The translations under genes and the position numbers were made by a program. From a virus (Duplodnaviria; Caudoviricetes), in the IMG/VR virus record IMGVR_UViG_3300021431_000075, positions 576,001 through 640,000 of that record: a DNA stretch of 64,000 bases. One strand, written 5' to 3'. Shown piece by piece: positions 1 through 10,352 of this stretch (position 1 is the stretch's first letter; the number at the start of each line of letters is the position of its first letter). A model generated the notes under the pieces. The model was given only the letters and a program-made list of their open reading frames with translations. It was not told where the DNA came from and made no database searches.

Positions 1-1251
1 AACCATGAAATTGTAGAGATTGACAGTTATGTCATGCTCCTCGATCATGTCATCCTTGTTCAAGAAAGACATGACAGCGGGAACCTTGTAGTTCGGCGAC
101 GGAGCGATGAAGAAGCCGCGCGACTTGACATAGACGTTCTCCGGCTCCACAAGATGGGTTGACGGATCCGGAATGACAGATATTTCCGGCTGGCTCGTCA
201 CAGTCACAGTATCCGTGTTCGGAATGATGACATCTATGCGTCCGTTGTCTGTCAGGTCGTCCGGAATCCTCAGGTGGTACATGTGATGATTGTCAATCGA
301 GTCGAGAAGATATTCTGTGTCGTCGCCCTCGACCTGATAGCAAATATCGACAAACAGCAAGTCACGGTCCATGTATGTCTCGTACCACTCGATGAGAATG
401 TCCTGACCCGTCACGAGAACCATTCCGGCAAAGTCTGTTTTCCAGACAATCGGACCAGTCCTGTTCGGATGCACTTCCTCGTCCTTGTGGTTATTCACCC
501 AGATGTTCGCTCCGATGTTGTTGATAGAGCAGTCTGCCGGCGTTTCTGTATACGGATCGAAAACCGGCTGGTATGTCTCGCATTGTAGCGAAAGTGACAG
601 TTTTATCCAGAGTTCGCCCGGAGCCTGTCCTGTCACAAAAGAAGAACCTTGCGAGCTGAGCTGCGTTTCAGGGAAACCGACACGGCACGGGCATACAGTC
701 CCGCGGTAGTTGAAATGGAAAGTCTTGACCTTGTAGAAGTACTCCCTGATTGCCTGATCAATCTTGAAGGCAGTCAGCATCGTGTCGCATCTTATTTCAA
801 GGTTGAACTGGAACTGCAGAGGCATCGAGTATAGATAAGAGACGTATGTCTTGAGCTTTCCGTCCTCGAACTTCGTGAACCTTCCCATAGAAAACCTGTT
901 CGTTATGCTTCCGGAATCTATGCTGACAGATGCAAGCGAAAGCCTTCCCTGCGGATAGAAGTCGAAGTTTCCGTCAATCTTCTTGAGACCAATCGACGTG
1001 CATTCGTCTGACGTGAAGAACGTGTAGTTGTCCTGAATGAACCTCTCGGAGTTGATGTTGCTGCCGCCGAAGTCATAGAAGAAAGGGACAGTGACGTTCT
1101 GGATGCCGCCGTTCTCTTCCGACCATACCTGCTGATACACAAGCTTGCGGTTGAGGATGCGCAGGAGACCCATGATGACCTCTCTGTCAAACACGTCTGT
1201 TGTGTTCCTTCTCTCGAACAGCTGCTTTGGTGTTAAAACCGTCTTTGACAT
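1..1251 (-). CDS. T4 gp15-like tail sheath stabiliser/completion protein (runs off left edge; absent from ORF track)
   Basis: Manual translation from ATG 1251: MSKTVLTPKQLFERRNTTDVFDREVIMGLL...VTVPFFYD...YPQGRLSL...YSMPLQFQFNLEIRCDTMLTAFKIDQAIREYF, resembling the gp15 pattern; preceded by late-promoter-like 18-mer. Confidence 0.6.
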   Translation of the reverse strand, partial: MSKTVLTPKQLFERRNTTDVFDREVIMGLLRILNRKLVYQQVWSEENGGIQNVTVPFFYDFGGSNINSERFIQDNYTFFTSDECTSIGLKKIDGNFDFYPQGRLSLASVSIDSGSITNRFSMGRFTKFEDGKLKTYVSYLYSMPLQFQFNLEIRCDTMLTAFKIDQAIREYFYKVKTFHFNYRGTVCPCRVGFPETQLSSQGSSFVTGQAPGELWIKLSLSLQCETYQPVFDPYTETPADCSINNIGANIWVNNHKDEEVHPNRTGPIVWKTDFAGMVLVTGQDILIEWYETYMDRDLLFVDICYQVEGDDTEYLLDSIDNHHMYHLRIPDDLTDNGRIDVIIPNTDTVTVTSQPEISVIPDPSTHLVEPENVYVKSRGFFIAPSPNYKVPAVMSFLNKDDMIEEHDITVNLYNFMV

Positions 1252-1266
1252 ATAATGTACTATTGA

Positions 1267-1284
1267 TATTATAAGATATTTATT
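1267..1284 (-). promoter_or_regulatory. Putative late promoter, 18-mer AATAAATATCTTATAATA
   Basis: Exact 18-mer seen 4 times, always just upstream of and co-oriented with a gene; core ATAAATA resembles T4 late promoter TATAAATA. Confidence 0.65.
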
Positions 1285-1311
1285 AGAAATTTAGCCACAT
1301 AATGAAAACAA

Positions 1312-1329
1312 AATAAATATCTTATAATA
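1312..1329 (+). promoter_or_regulatory. Putative late promoter, 18-mer AATAAATATCTTATAATA
   Basis: Exact copy, 16 nt before ATG 1346. Confidence 0.65.
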
Positions 1330-1345
1330 AATTCCGTTTCCGAAA

Positions 1346-2815
1346 ATGAAGATAAATGAAAGTCTTTTCGACGAAGTGAATCCGGATGAAGTGAACGATA
1401 CCGAAGAAAACAAATTCGACACTTCAGGGATGCTGATGCTGAATATACACATGCTCAAGAGAAGCAAGAAAGAGGTTCCGCCCCGTGTTCTTCGCGGCTT
1501 TAATGAGGTGATGTACAACATTTCTATGCTGTTCTCGCTGGATGTGGACTTTGATAATATGAAACGCGCTCCGATAGAAATCTATTATAAGAACGGAGAT
1601 TCATTACACACCACAGACAGTTATGACAAGAGAGACTTTCCATATACAAGGGACAAGACAAAATGCCGTCTTGACAACTATTCTTTCTTCACAATCAGAT
1701 ATGACTACTTGAAGATAAATTTCAGCAATGTCGCCAGCATTTCAAAATTCCTGATAAAACTGTTCATCAGACTCCAGTGTGTGACGAACAACGTGTATGA
1801 CATAACGTTCAGAACATATGACAATAGGTTTGACAAGAAAGACATATTCCTGTTCACGCTGAATCCGATTGCGTTCTATCAGATTTCGTCAGACTATGAC
1901 TACTATAGAAGAACTATCTTTCCGAAATGTATGACAAGCCTATATAAGATGCTTCTCGGCTGGAGTGCAAGCAAGATTCCCGATGAAGATGCGAACGACC
2001 AAATTAACTATACGAATATCATCAACTATATGATTTCGTCAAACATTGCAAGCAATTTCGTTAGATTCAACTTGCTAAATACAGTTGATAAAAACAATAT
2101 CATCGAATGCAGATCCATGCAATTGCATAATCAATCACAAGGTGATTGTTTGGAGTTGGAAATTAAAGGCATCAATATCAAGAACATATTGAACAAGAAT
2201 GGAGATATATTTCCATTATGGTTCACGAATATTATGAAAATGTACAGATGTGAAGGATTTGTGAAAGTCGGCTTGCTATCGTTATCGTATGAAAAAGGCG
2301 ACATATTCGTGAATGGAGAGTTGAACCCGAGAATAAAAATATCATATGTAAACAGTCAAGATATCGGAAAGACATTCTTCTTTGAGACCGGAGACAACAA
2401 CACGGCATATAACATATTAAGATTAAGCGACTATACGCTGCTATCAAAGAAATGGTTCAATTCAGTGCGTTATTGCCAGAATTCCGGACTGTTCGTTATA
2501 AAATGCGGAACTGCACTTTCATATGCATATATGACCAAAGATGGAAAAATCGTTAATAACAAGTGGTTTAAAAACATAACAGATTTTAATCTTGCCGGCT
2601 ATGCTGTCGCGTCAATGTGTGAGAATGAATACTATATAATTGACAAGAATCTAAAAAGAATGAGCCAGAACTACTACTCGATTACAAACTTGGTTTCTTC
2701 TTATTCTTATGATAAAAATGCGAATGAAGCGATATTCAAAGTTGTAAGGGCATCTGATAAGAAAACGAACTTTTTGATGAATGACTTTAGTCTTAAGAAT
2801 GAAGAATGGATGTAA
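1346..2815 (+). CDS. Hypothetical protein with C-terminal WG/KWG-like repeats; possible head-packaged protein
   Basis: 489-aa ORF; repeats such as NILRLSDYTLLSKKWF, YMTKDGKIVNNKWF, NFLMNDFSLKNEEW; N-terminal INES motif. Confidence 0.5.
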   Translation: MKINESLFDEVNPDEVNDTEENKFDTSGMLMLNIHMLKRSKKEVPPRVLRGFNEVMYNISMLFSLDVDFDNMKRAPIEIYYKNGDSLHTTDSYDKRDFPYTRDKTKCRLDNYSFFTIRYDYLKINFSNVASISKFLIKLFIRLQCVTNNVYDITFRTYDNRFDKKDIFLFTLNPIAFYQISSDYDYYRRTIFPKCMTSLYKMLLGWSASKIPDEDANDQINYTNIINYMISSNIASNFVRFNLLNTVDKNNIIECRSMQLHNQSQGDCLELEIKGINIKNILNKNGDIFPLWFTNIMKMYRCEGFVKVGLLSLSYEKGDIFVNGELNPRIKISYVNSQDIGKTFFFETGDNNTAYNILRLSDYTLLSKKWFNSVRYCQNSGLFVIKCGTALSYAYMTKDGKIVNNKWFKNITDFNLAGYAVASMCENEYYIIDKNLKRMSQNYYSITNLVSSYSYDKNANEAIFKVVRASDKKTNFLMNDFSLKNEEWM

Positions 2816-2837
2816 TGTTTGATGTGACAAAATAAGA

Positions 2838-2869
2838 AAAACCCAGACTTCTTTGGAAGCCTGGGTTTT
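2838..2869. terminator. Bidirectional intrinsic terminator
   Basis: AAAACCCAG...CTGGGTTTT stem between convergent genes. Confidence 0.7.
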
Positions 2870-2889
2870 ATTTTTGTCGCTTTGATAAT

Positions 2890-5385
2890 TTATCTACAAG
2901 TTTTTATAAATTCTGAAATTATTCCAGCATATACTTTATTTGCATCTCCACTAATATCAATATGCGGATGAACGCCGTCTTGATTATAAAGTCTAAAAAC
3001 ATTACAACCTGTGTTATTGTCAATGCAGTCGTTTGCTACACTTGGTCTTCCTTGTGACGATGGATATAATTCAAGAAAGTATTCTTTTGCAGTAGGAATA
3101 ATATGATTGCTGAAACCTAAATACTTATATACTTCACATAGTGGGAAAGCCCAGCTTTTTGCTATTGATTCTTGCGCTGAAATTATTGAAGAATATGAAG
3201 GTCTATCCCCGTTTTCATATTCATAATTGCTAATAAAAACAATTCTTGCCTTTGGTTTCCAAGACAAAATAACAGTAACAATGAAATTGATAGAACCGAT
3301 GTAACAATTTCTGTTAAGACTTGCTGCAAATGATGCAATATTTGATTCGCCAACTCTTTGAATCAATTTCGCTCCGTCGCCAATCGTATTATTTAAATCA
3401 TTTCTAATATTCAAGAAATAAGCAAGTCTTTCATAGTTATTTGCAGTCATAAATGAATCTTCAGCTAAAATACTATTCGATATATTCTCAACAGTTGGCT
3501 CTAATATTATATCTGGTGTGTCGTCGGAAAGTTTATAATATGTTTTGAAATCATTATGACCGTGATCAATGACAAATAAATCTGGAATCAAACCATTTGG
3601 GTTCTTTGTTGTGACAGTTCCTTCTAAATACGGCATAAGTTTATCTTCAAAACTTGACACTCTTAGTCTTGCAATGTCATTATTATCCAACACAAAGCCG
3701 GTGTTATTGAAATTGGAATCCGTACCATTGATGATATTTTCTATTTCTTGTTTTGTCCTTGACAAACATGATGTACAGTTATCTTTATTGATACTAACAT
3801 AGTCACCAGTCCTTACGTTTGCTCTACACATAGAAGAACCGACAGATTCATTGAAAATAGTAGCATTTAAATTTATACCAACTTCTTTTGGGTAATTACC
3901 AGCGACAGTTTCTTCAGTTCCCAATGCTGAATCTTTTCCGGCAGGAATAGACGTACCACACCACCAAATCGACTTATTATTCCAGTAATTTGAATGTCCA
4001 ATATTTGATATGTTTTCTTGCAATTCTGCTATATTTTCTGTATTTGTGTCTATTAAGTCAAATTTGCTTATTTTTTGTACGAATACAATGCTTATAATTT
4101 TTACAGTACTTGCATATAGTTTGCAATCTGTATTTTGAGCAGCAAATGTATAAGTATCATTAGAACCAGAATTGCACCAATCTATGACAATGCCGGCATT
4201 TGTAGTCAATGCCATTCCATAAGAACCGGACTTAATTATGTTTAAAATGACTTTCGTGTTTGCAGGAACATCATAGATTCTATAACTCGATGATGTTAAT
4301 TCCTTTAGATTTACTTGCGAACCTTTTGTTTGAGTTCCGTAAACATAATAACCGCCAGTTTGCTGATATATATCTGTATTGTTTGTTACATCTTTTGTTA
4401 TTTCAGATGAAGCTGATTCCTTATCCAAATATTTAGCGTCACTTTCTGATTTGCTATAAAATTGTTTAGTTAACTTGATGATATTTCTACAAGAAGCACT
4501 TGTTGTTGAACCTTCAACATATATTTTAATTGTGTTTGATGGAATTTCAAATATAGTCGGTTCTTCATATGCAATTCCAAGTTCTCCAAATATAGCCGTA
4601 TCTTGATTGGATGAATCAAAACAAATCATAATAGGGCTATTGCTATTGTTAGGTTGTTTTCCTGTAATTGCAACTTTGGTAGTTCCTTGTTCTAATGCAT
4701 ATTCAAGAACAGTAAAATCTTGATTTGTGCTAATCTTGTTTGTTGTTGTTATATTCGTGCAATATTGTGGATATGATGTTGTTGGAGTTATTTCTGTTCC
4801 AATTTCTTCTTCACTTAAATCATCAATCAATGAAGTTATTTTTTCATTTACTGTAACATCAGCATCCATCAAAGTTTCAATTCTTTCTTTGATTGTCTCT
4901 GATGAATTTATTACTTCTATTTTTACTACTTTATTTAATAATGCATGTATATAACCTGTAGATGAAATTGGAGCAAATTCATGACTGCCGCCATCTGTTG
5001 AAGTTACAAATTCTTTTACAATATCAGAACTATCAGTTAATACGAATCCGTAATTGCCAGTAGTGAGATATTCCAGTTGAACTTTGCAATTTGCTGGTAT
5101 TTCATATCTCTTGACATTATATGTAGTACTTCCGGGTGGTACAATTGCGATTGTTTGACCGACTACTTGGGTTTTAGAAGGATAACCAGAATAACTTACA
5201 CTTTCAGCAAGCGGAATAGTTATATTGTCAAAATGCAACTGCTTATCAATTTCTTCAAATTCATTAGTCAATGCAGCCTGCGTAATGCCACCATCTGTAT
5301 TATTGCCAAGTTCATCATAAAGAGTTCCTTTTATCTTATATGGAATATCTTGAATGTTTATTGATGTTACGATTGGATCGCCCAT
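2890..5385 (-). CDS. Outer cassette A: fibre/spike-like protein with C-terminal SGNH-like domain
   Basis: N-terminus MGDPIVTSINIQDIPYKIKGTLYDELGNNTDGG shared with 5781 and 39404; SGNH-like blocks WCGTSI, DHGHND, DGVHP. Confidence 0.65.
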   Translation of the reverse strand: MGDPIVTSINIQDIPYKIKGTLYDELGNNTDGGITQAALTNEFEEIDKQLHFDNITIPLAESVSYSGYPSKTQVVGQTIAIVPPGSTTYNVKRYEIPANCKVQLEYLTTGNYGFVLTDSSDIVKEFVTSTDGGSHEFAPISSTGYIHALLNKVVKIEVINSSETIKERIETLMDADVTVNEKITSLIDDLSEEEIGTEITPTTSYPQYCTNITTTNKISTNQDFTVLEYALEQGTTKVAITGKQPNNSNSPIMICFDSSNQDTAIFGELGIAYEEPTIFEIPSNTIKIYVEGSTTSASCRNIIKLTKQFYSKSESDAKYLDKESASSEITKDVTNNTDIYQQTGGYYVYGTQTKGSQVNLKELTSSSYRIYDVPANTKVILNIIKSGSYGMALTTNAGIVIDWCNSGSNDTYTFAAQNTDCKLYASTVKIISIVFVQKISKFDLIDTNTENIAELQENISNIGHSNYWNNKSIWWCGTSIPAGKDSALGTEETVAGNYPKEVGINLNATIFNESVGSSMCRANVRTGDYVSINKDNCTSCLSRTKQEIENIINGTDSNFNNTGFVLDNNDIARLRVSSFEDKLMPYLEGTVTTKNPNGLIPDLFVIDHGHNDFKTYYKLSDDTPDIILEPTVENISNSILAEDSFMTANNYERLAYFLNIRNDLNNTIGDGAKLIQRVGESNIASFAASLNRNCYIGSINFIVTVILSWKPKARIVFISNYEYENGDRPSYSSIISAQESIAKSWAFPLCEVYKYLGFSNHIIPTAKEYFLELYPSSQGRPSVANDCIDNNTGCNVFRLYNQDGVHPHIDISGDANKVYAGIISEFIKTCR

Positions 5386-5405
5386 TTCTTAATACGGAAG
5401 TTATT

Positions 5406-5480
5406 TTATTGTTCAACCTGTGTTCTTTCAATAGAATTATCTTCAAAATCTGCATCCTTGATAATCAAAAGTTTTCCCAT
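5406..5480 (-). CDS. 24-aa leader micro-ORF MGKLLIIKDADFEDNSIERTQVEQ
   Basis: Manual translation; four paralogous micro-ORFs with synonymous differences, one per outer cassette. Confidence 0.7.
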   Translation of the reverse strand: MGKLLIIKDADFEDNSIERTQVEQ

Positions 5481-5504
5481 TGATTGCACTCTTATTTTTT
5501 AGAA

Positions 5505-5527
5505 ATTGTTTCTAAACAGGTAAGTTT
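5505..5527 (-). repeat. Outer-family putative recombination site L1
   Basis: Perfect 23-bp inverted repeat with 5595-5617; 22-bp core AAACTTACCTGTTTAGAAACAA also at 37478-37501 and 39221-39244. Confidence 0.8.
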
Positions 5528-5594
5528 GCATCTTGCTGGTTTTCAAAGACTTCAATTTGTTCACAATAGCATTATATGAAGTTGTAACTAACTG

Positions 5595-5617
5595 AAACTT
5601 ACCTGTTTAGAAACAAT
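5595..5617 (+). repeat. Outer-family putative recombination site R1
   Basis: AAACTTACCTGTTTAGAAACAAT; 67-bp spacer to L1 has no ATAAATA motif. Confidence 0.8.
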
Positions 5618-5679
5618 CGTTAAAAATACTAACACTTTTATTTTAATCATTTTAAAATAACATATGTAGCAAAGTTTTC

Positions 5680-5760
5680 ATGGGAAAGATTGTAATCATA
5701 AAGGATGCAGATTTTGAAGAAAATTCAATTGACATTCATCAAACATCATCAGAACAATAA
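5680..5760 (+). CDS. 26-aa leader micro-ORF MGKIVIIKDADFEENSIDIHQTSSEQ
   Basis: Manual translation; paralogue of 5406, 37375 and 39308 micro-ORFs. Confidence 0.7.
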   Translation: MGKIVIIKDADFEENSIDIHQTSSEQ

Positions 5761-5780
5761 AATAACTTCAACATCAAGAC

Positions 5781-8750
5781 ATGGGCGATCCAATTGTAAC
5801 GAAGATAAGCGTTCAAGACATTCAATATAAGATAAAAGGAACTCTTTATGACGAGCGTGGTTATAATACAGACGGTGGAATGACGCAATCTGCATTAAGC
5901 AGTTTGTTTGACAATATAGATCTTACATTGTCTGACATCAGAACAAAATCTGACGGTTTATCGCTCACATCAGAAGACGGTTTCTATATCATTGATGCAT
6001 CTGGAGACATAGCACTTAAAGTTGATAGCAATGGCGTGTTCGACGTATCTGCTATTGGAACGAATCTTCAAGAAATTATCGGAAACAAAGCGATACAAAC
6101 TGTTGATTCGTCGATTATAGAAATCAATAATACGATTGACAGTCTCGGAACAACTATTGATAATGTTGAAACAACTATTGATGATGTTGAAGGTGAAATA
6201 ACAGAATTGTCTAAAAATGCTCCACGTGTCGTAGATGATTACGGCGTCTATTTTACAGATGCTAACGGAAACATCATGTGGTTCATCAAGACATATAAAT
6301 GTTTAGAAGACGGTCTTTACTTCATAGATGAGCACGGCAATGTTGGTTTGCAATATGTAGATGGTGAATGGTCTTTTAGCAATCTAACAAATGTAGATGG
6401 AAGTGGTGGAGGAAGTTCTATTGATTCATCTACAATGGACCACTCATTGATAATGAGAGCAAATCGAGCAATAAAAGAACTCAATTCTGTCAAAAATCAA
6501 ATAGATCATTCTATACCATCATTATTAACACTTACTAATGGAGAAACACAATCAACATTCTCAACAACAGTTCAGAACACATCTGCTAAGGAAAAGGCAA
6601 TCGTTAGATTGAGATTGCACTATGGAAGTTCAAAGTACACTCCAGACAATAATGATATTTTCTTCAATGGAACTTGCAAAACGGATTTTAGCGACGTTAG
6701 GTTCTTTGACAGCAACGGAAACATGTTGAAAGCCGCATTCGGAGAACCGTTCCATCTTGGTGTGTATAGAGATACGAATCTGCATGGAACTGCACACGGA
6801 AGATACACAAAAATCACATCAAATGGTTATTTAATCAAACTTACCAACCAGGGAATTGTAATAACGAAGGATAATGGACAAACATGGACACCGATTGGTC
6901 CAAATGGTAGTGGTTATAAGAATTATTCCGAGTATCCGTCAGATGTGTATGGTTTTAGAGGTATGATTCCGGTTTTTGTTGATTCTAATAATAATTTATT
7001 TGGTTATTCAGGCGGAAAATTATATAAGATTGAACACGGAGCGAATTATGATTATGCAAATGAAGTAGAGGTCTGTGACTTTTCTTGGGTTTATACAGAT
7101 CCGTCAACAGGAGATACAAATACAGTATATCCGGAAATAACGCCGGCTGGAATGACTGAAGATATAAATGGCAATCTCTATTTCGGAACATATGCGGATA
7201 CAAAGTATTATCATGTAGACATATTTGTATCTACAAATCAAGGAAATTCCGGAACATGGGTTAAGAAATATCATAAAAGTGAAACAGACCTTGATGCTAC
7301 AGGGAATCGTCAAAAAGATTTTCAACATGTTCATCATGTCCATGCAGACAAATACTCTACCAAAGTATATGTCGGTATTGATGGCGGCTTTCCGGCACAA
7401 GGTCCAACACTCATATACACTGATGATGCCGGAGAAACATGGAATGATATCACAACAAGGTTAAAAGAGCATAGAGGTCATGACCAGTATCCTGCATATT
7501 TTGGACAAACATATAAGTTAGGTGGAGGTGAATCATATACTCTTGGTGGAAATTCAATCATCAGAGGAAATGCGGATGATACTGAATTTGAAGATGTTTG
7601 GAAAGGTTGGGGCGGAGTGCGTTTCATAAGCGACTTTGGCGATGATTCTCTGCTAATTGTCGGTATCCAAAGAAATTCTCATTTTGAAGAAAACCAGATA
7701 CTCTTATCATATGACCAGGGCAAGACTTGGAAAAACTTGATGCGCGTTGATACGCCCAAAAAGGTTACAAGTGGAGATGGATTCAGAAAAGCAATATATT
7801 GTGGAACTCTTGCTGGTGATACAGCACCTTGTGTTATTCTGAATCAGGGACATTTCACAGAAGCGTTTAGAGTATACAAAGAGACGAATGATTATTATAG
7901 AGAAGTTGAAGTAGAAGTTGATGACGTTCCATCTTCCGCTTCTGAAATAACAATCACTGCGAAAACAGGTTACGTAATGCCGTATCCATATACTACTGTT
8001 CGTGGTCTTGAAGTTGACGGGCTTGTATACGAGATTCCGTTCAATGAAGGTTGCGGAACAATGGTTCAAGATTCTCTTGGAAATATTGTTTCTATTGACG
8101 GAACAATTTCTTGGGAAACAAAAGAAGAACCAGTCAGATATGGAGAATATTCAAGCGAAGAAGATAAACCATTTGCATTCTCATCCGCAGCAAAAGTCAA
8201 TGGAATTCTTGACTTTGGAAAGATTGACGAATTGAATTTCTCAAATGGATATACGATAACTTTCTGGTGGAACGAGAAGAACCGTTTGTGTCATTATACG
8301 GAAGAAGAAAGATATGACCACGGTTATTTGACGAATCCTGTAATTTTGAGAATCCTGTCAGCCGGTAACTATGACTTGGTTAGAACAAGGGAAGCGATGT
8401 TCAGCATTATTCCAAGAGGCGCGACAACAAGAAACATTACCAATGGTCATTCAGCGGGAATGCAAGCGCTTCCTTGCAGTGATAATTATTGCTTTATCTG
8501 CATTGTTGTTAGCGACACAAGAATTTATCTTTATCTCAATGGCTCGTTATCAGGTGGCAACACTGTTGGTTCTTGGGTTGGTTTTAATGATATGAATCTT
8601 TCAGAGAACAACTTGGTCATAGGTAGTGCAGATACAGAGACGCCGGGTTATATTTCAGATTTCAAAATATACAACAGACAACTTTCAGATACTGAGATTA
8701 GAGACATTTACAAAGGCTTCAATTACGAGCCGCGACCAGAAAATCCTTAA
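5781..8750 (+). CDS. Outer cassette B: fibre/spike-like protein with DUF2341-like, BNR/Asp-box propeller (sialidase-like) and LamG/ConA-like domains
   Basis: Shared MGDPIVTKI N-terminus; CKTDFSDVRFFD; Asp-boxes TKDNGQTW, TDDAGETW, SYDQGKTW; C-terminal GYISDFKIYNRQLSDTEIRDIY. Confidence 0.7.
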   Translation: MGDPIVTKISVQDIQYKIKGTLYDERGYNTDGGMTQSALSSLFDNIDLTLSDIRTKSDGLSLTSEDGFYIIDASGDIALKVDSNGVFDVSAIGTNLQEIIGNKAIQTVDSSIIEINNTIDSLGTTIDNVETTIDDVEGEITELSKNAPRVVDDYGVYFTDANGNIMWFIKTYKCLEDGLYFIDEHGNVGLQYVDGEWSFSNLTNVDGSGGGSSIDSSTMDHSLIMRANRAIKELNSVKNQIDHSIPSLLTLTNGETQSTFSTTVQNTSAKEKAIVRLRLHYGSSKYTPDNNDIFFNGTCKTDFSDVRFFDSNGNMLKAAFGEPFHLGVYRDTNLHGTAHGRYTKITSNGYLIKLTNQGIVITKDNGQTWTPIGPNGSGYKNYSEYPSDVYGFRGMIPVFVDSNNNLFGYSGGKLYKIEHGANYDYANEVEVCDFSWVYTDPSTGDTNTVYPEITPAGMTEDINGNLYFGTYADTKYYHVDIFVSTNQGNSGTWVKKYHKSETDLDATGNRQKDFQHVHHVHADKYSTKVYVGIDGGFPAQGPTLIYTDDAGETWNDITTRLKEHRGHDQYPAYFGQTYKLGGGESYTLGGNSIIRGNADDTEFEDVWKGWGGVRFISDFGDDSLLIVGIQRNSHFEENQILLSYDQGKTWKNLMRVDTPKKVTSGDGFRKAIYCGTLAGDTAPCVILNQGHFTEAFRVYKETNDYYREVEVEVDDVPSSASEITITAKTGYVMPYPYTTVRGLEVDGLVYEIPFNEGCGTMVQDSLGNIVSIDGTISWETKEEPVRYGEYSSEEDKPFAFSSAAKVNGILDFGKIDELNFSNGYTITFWWNEKNRLCHYTEEERYDHGYLTNPVILRILSAGNYDLVRTREAMFSIIPRGATTRNITNGHSAGMQALPCSDNYCFICIVVSDTRIYLYLNGSLSGGNTVGSWVGFNDMNLSENNLVIGSADTETPGYISDFKIYNRQLSDTEIRDIYKGFNYEPRPENP

Positions 8751-8796
8751 TCCGGAATTTTTTAATTCTATTAAAATAATTTGATATAATAATTAT

Positions 8797-9666
8797 ATGA
8801 GCGGAATTGCATTTATAGTTCCAAACGCAGACTTTTCAGGCAGCGTTCTTGGACAAGTAACGATTCAGAAAACTGTTGAAGAAATGGCTTCAACGGTCGT
8901 AAAAGCATACACAGATAAGATTGGAAGCACTCAGTATTCTTCTCAACTGACGAATATGGTAATGTCTCTTATGAGAGAAGGAATATGGAACGGTATTGAC
9001 GTATATCCGATGCTCGGTTCCACTTTAAATCATATGGCTATCAATATAAATCCAAACAACGGATTCCAAGGCCTTGATTTGAAATTTGGCACTAATGCTT
9101 CATATGTTACAAATGGTGTTGAGTTTGCAGAAGGCGATGATTACGGAAGTACTATAACAGATGTGACATATAAGGCATATGACGGTACTGCTGCAGAAGT
9201 TACACAATCTCTAAATGGTTTCTACATATTATCTGATTTGAGAAGATATACTTTGAATGGAAGAATCAGAACTTTTTATACTACAAGAGGTAACCAGAAC
9301 ACTCCGGTCACAATAAAAATAGGTTCAACTGGTAAGGCTATTTGGGAAATTAGCAATACGAGTTTATCATCCACAACGTTAATCGGAACAAGTAGAAATA
9401 ATGTTTCATTTTCAATTAATAACGGAACAATGATAGAATATATTGATGGTGTTCAAGATGTATCGACAGCAGTTGGTTTTGCAAGCGACTCACCAAATGT
9501 CAGGATTGGCAATTTCTTGGGAGCATCGCCAGTTAATGATACTGCAGTAACCACATTTAACGGTTCTTGCTGGTTCTGGGCCATTGGCATAATAGATCCA
9601 TCAAAGCATGCGACAGCAAATACAATATTTAAGACATTCCTTGATGCAGTAAAACCGAACATTTAA
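8797..9666 (+). CDS. Cassette B partner protein (LamG-like beta-rich), paralogue of 41391..42371
   Basis: Shared MSGIAFI..N.DFS, IW.GID.YPM and IFKTFLD..KP motifs. Confidence 0.6.
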   Translation: MSGIAFIVPNADFSGSVLGQVTIQKTVEEMASTVVKAYTDKIGSTQYSSQLTNMVMSLMREGIWNGIDVYPMLGSTLNHMAININPNNGFQGLDLKFGTNASYVTNGVEFAEGDDYGSTITDVTYKAYDGTAAEVTQSLNGFYILSDLRRYTLNGRIRTFYTTRGNQNTPVTIKIGSTGKAIWEISNTSLSSTTLIGTSRNNVSFSINNGTMIEYIDGVQDVSTAVGFASDSPNVRIGNFLGASPVNDTAVTTFNGSCWFWAIGIIDPSKHATANTIFKTFLDAVKPNI

Positions 9667-9685
9667 CCAAAATACCATCAAATAC

Positions 9686-9725
9686 AAAAATGCCAAGACT
9701 TCTTAAAAATAGTCTTGGCATTTTT
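9686..9725. terminator. Intrinsic terminator
   Basis: AAAAATGCCAAGACT-loop-AGTCTTGGCATTTTT perfect 15-bp stem. Confidence 0.8.
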
Positions 9726-9760
9726 CATCATTTCAAGCATAAAATCAATCCTGATAGTTC

Positions 9761-9963
9761 TGTAGAACATAGAGATTCATAGAATCACATATGTTTACTT
9801 TCTTTTGACGATTCATCGGTGACTTGGTACTCACAAGACCATTCATTAAGAATGCGTTTTCCTATTGGTCATCTCCACGTCCCGTCTCCCCGAACTCAGG
9901 GGCAGCCCGGACTATCGGACTCCGGGAAATCCAGAGACAACTTAATGTCTCTATGAGTTTACA
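9761..9963 (-). mobile_element. ~200-bp non-coding element resembling an IS605/IS607 TnpB 3' end / omega-RNA-like miniature element
   Basis: GC-rich island; imperfect terminal inverted similarity (TGTAGAACATAGAGA / TCTCTATGAGTTTACA); minus strand GACG-TGGAGA...GATGAAT-CGTC; hairpin CCCGGA...TCCGGG. Confidence 0.35.
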
Positions 9964-10352
9964 AAGAACAATGATATTAAATCTACATAAGTATACTACA
10001 AGATGTCAAAATAGTTTAAAATAACTTCAATGTTTTTTTTGATAGCATATTAAATAGAATTAGTTAATGATTACAATACATTAAACATCAAACGTAAATC
10101 CATCAGGATTTCTAATTTCATACAGAATAACATTGAATACTATGAAGAAAATTGCGAGATAATGGCATATTGTGCTGGCAATTTTAACAGAATAAAGAAT
10201 GTTACAAGTTCTAACATATCTTCTGTCAATACATTAAGGGTATTTAGTAAAAACTATACATTTCACCGAATGAGTTAAACAAATGCATCAAGATAGTATG
10301 CGGAACTGCAATTAAGAAGGTTGCGCTTTCTATAAGTAGAAATAGTTATGGA

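Noticed and set aside
1267-1329. 18-bp perfect inverted repeat as another invertible switch
   Set aside because: Only 27 bp lie between the arms and the same 18-mer occurs singly before other genes; two divergent promoters explain it better
5539-5550. 12-bp match GTTTTCAAAGAC to 25810-25821 (reverse complement) as an accessory site
   Set aside because: Single short AT-rich match in opposite orientation relative to the sites; could be chance
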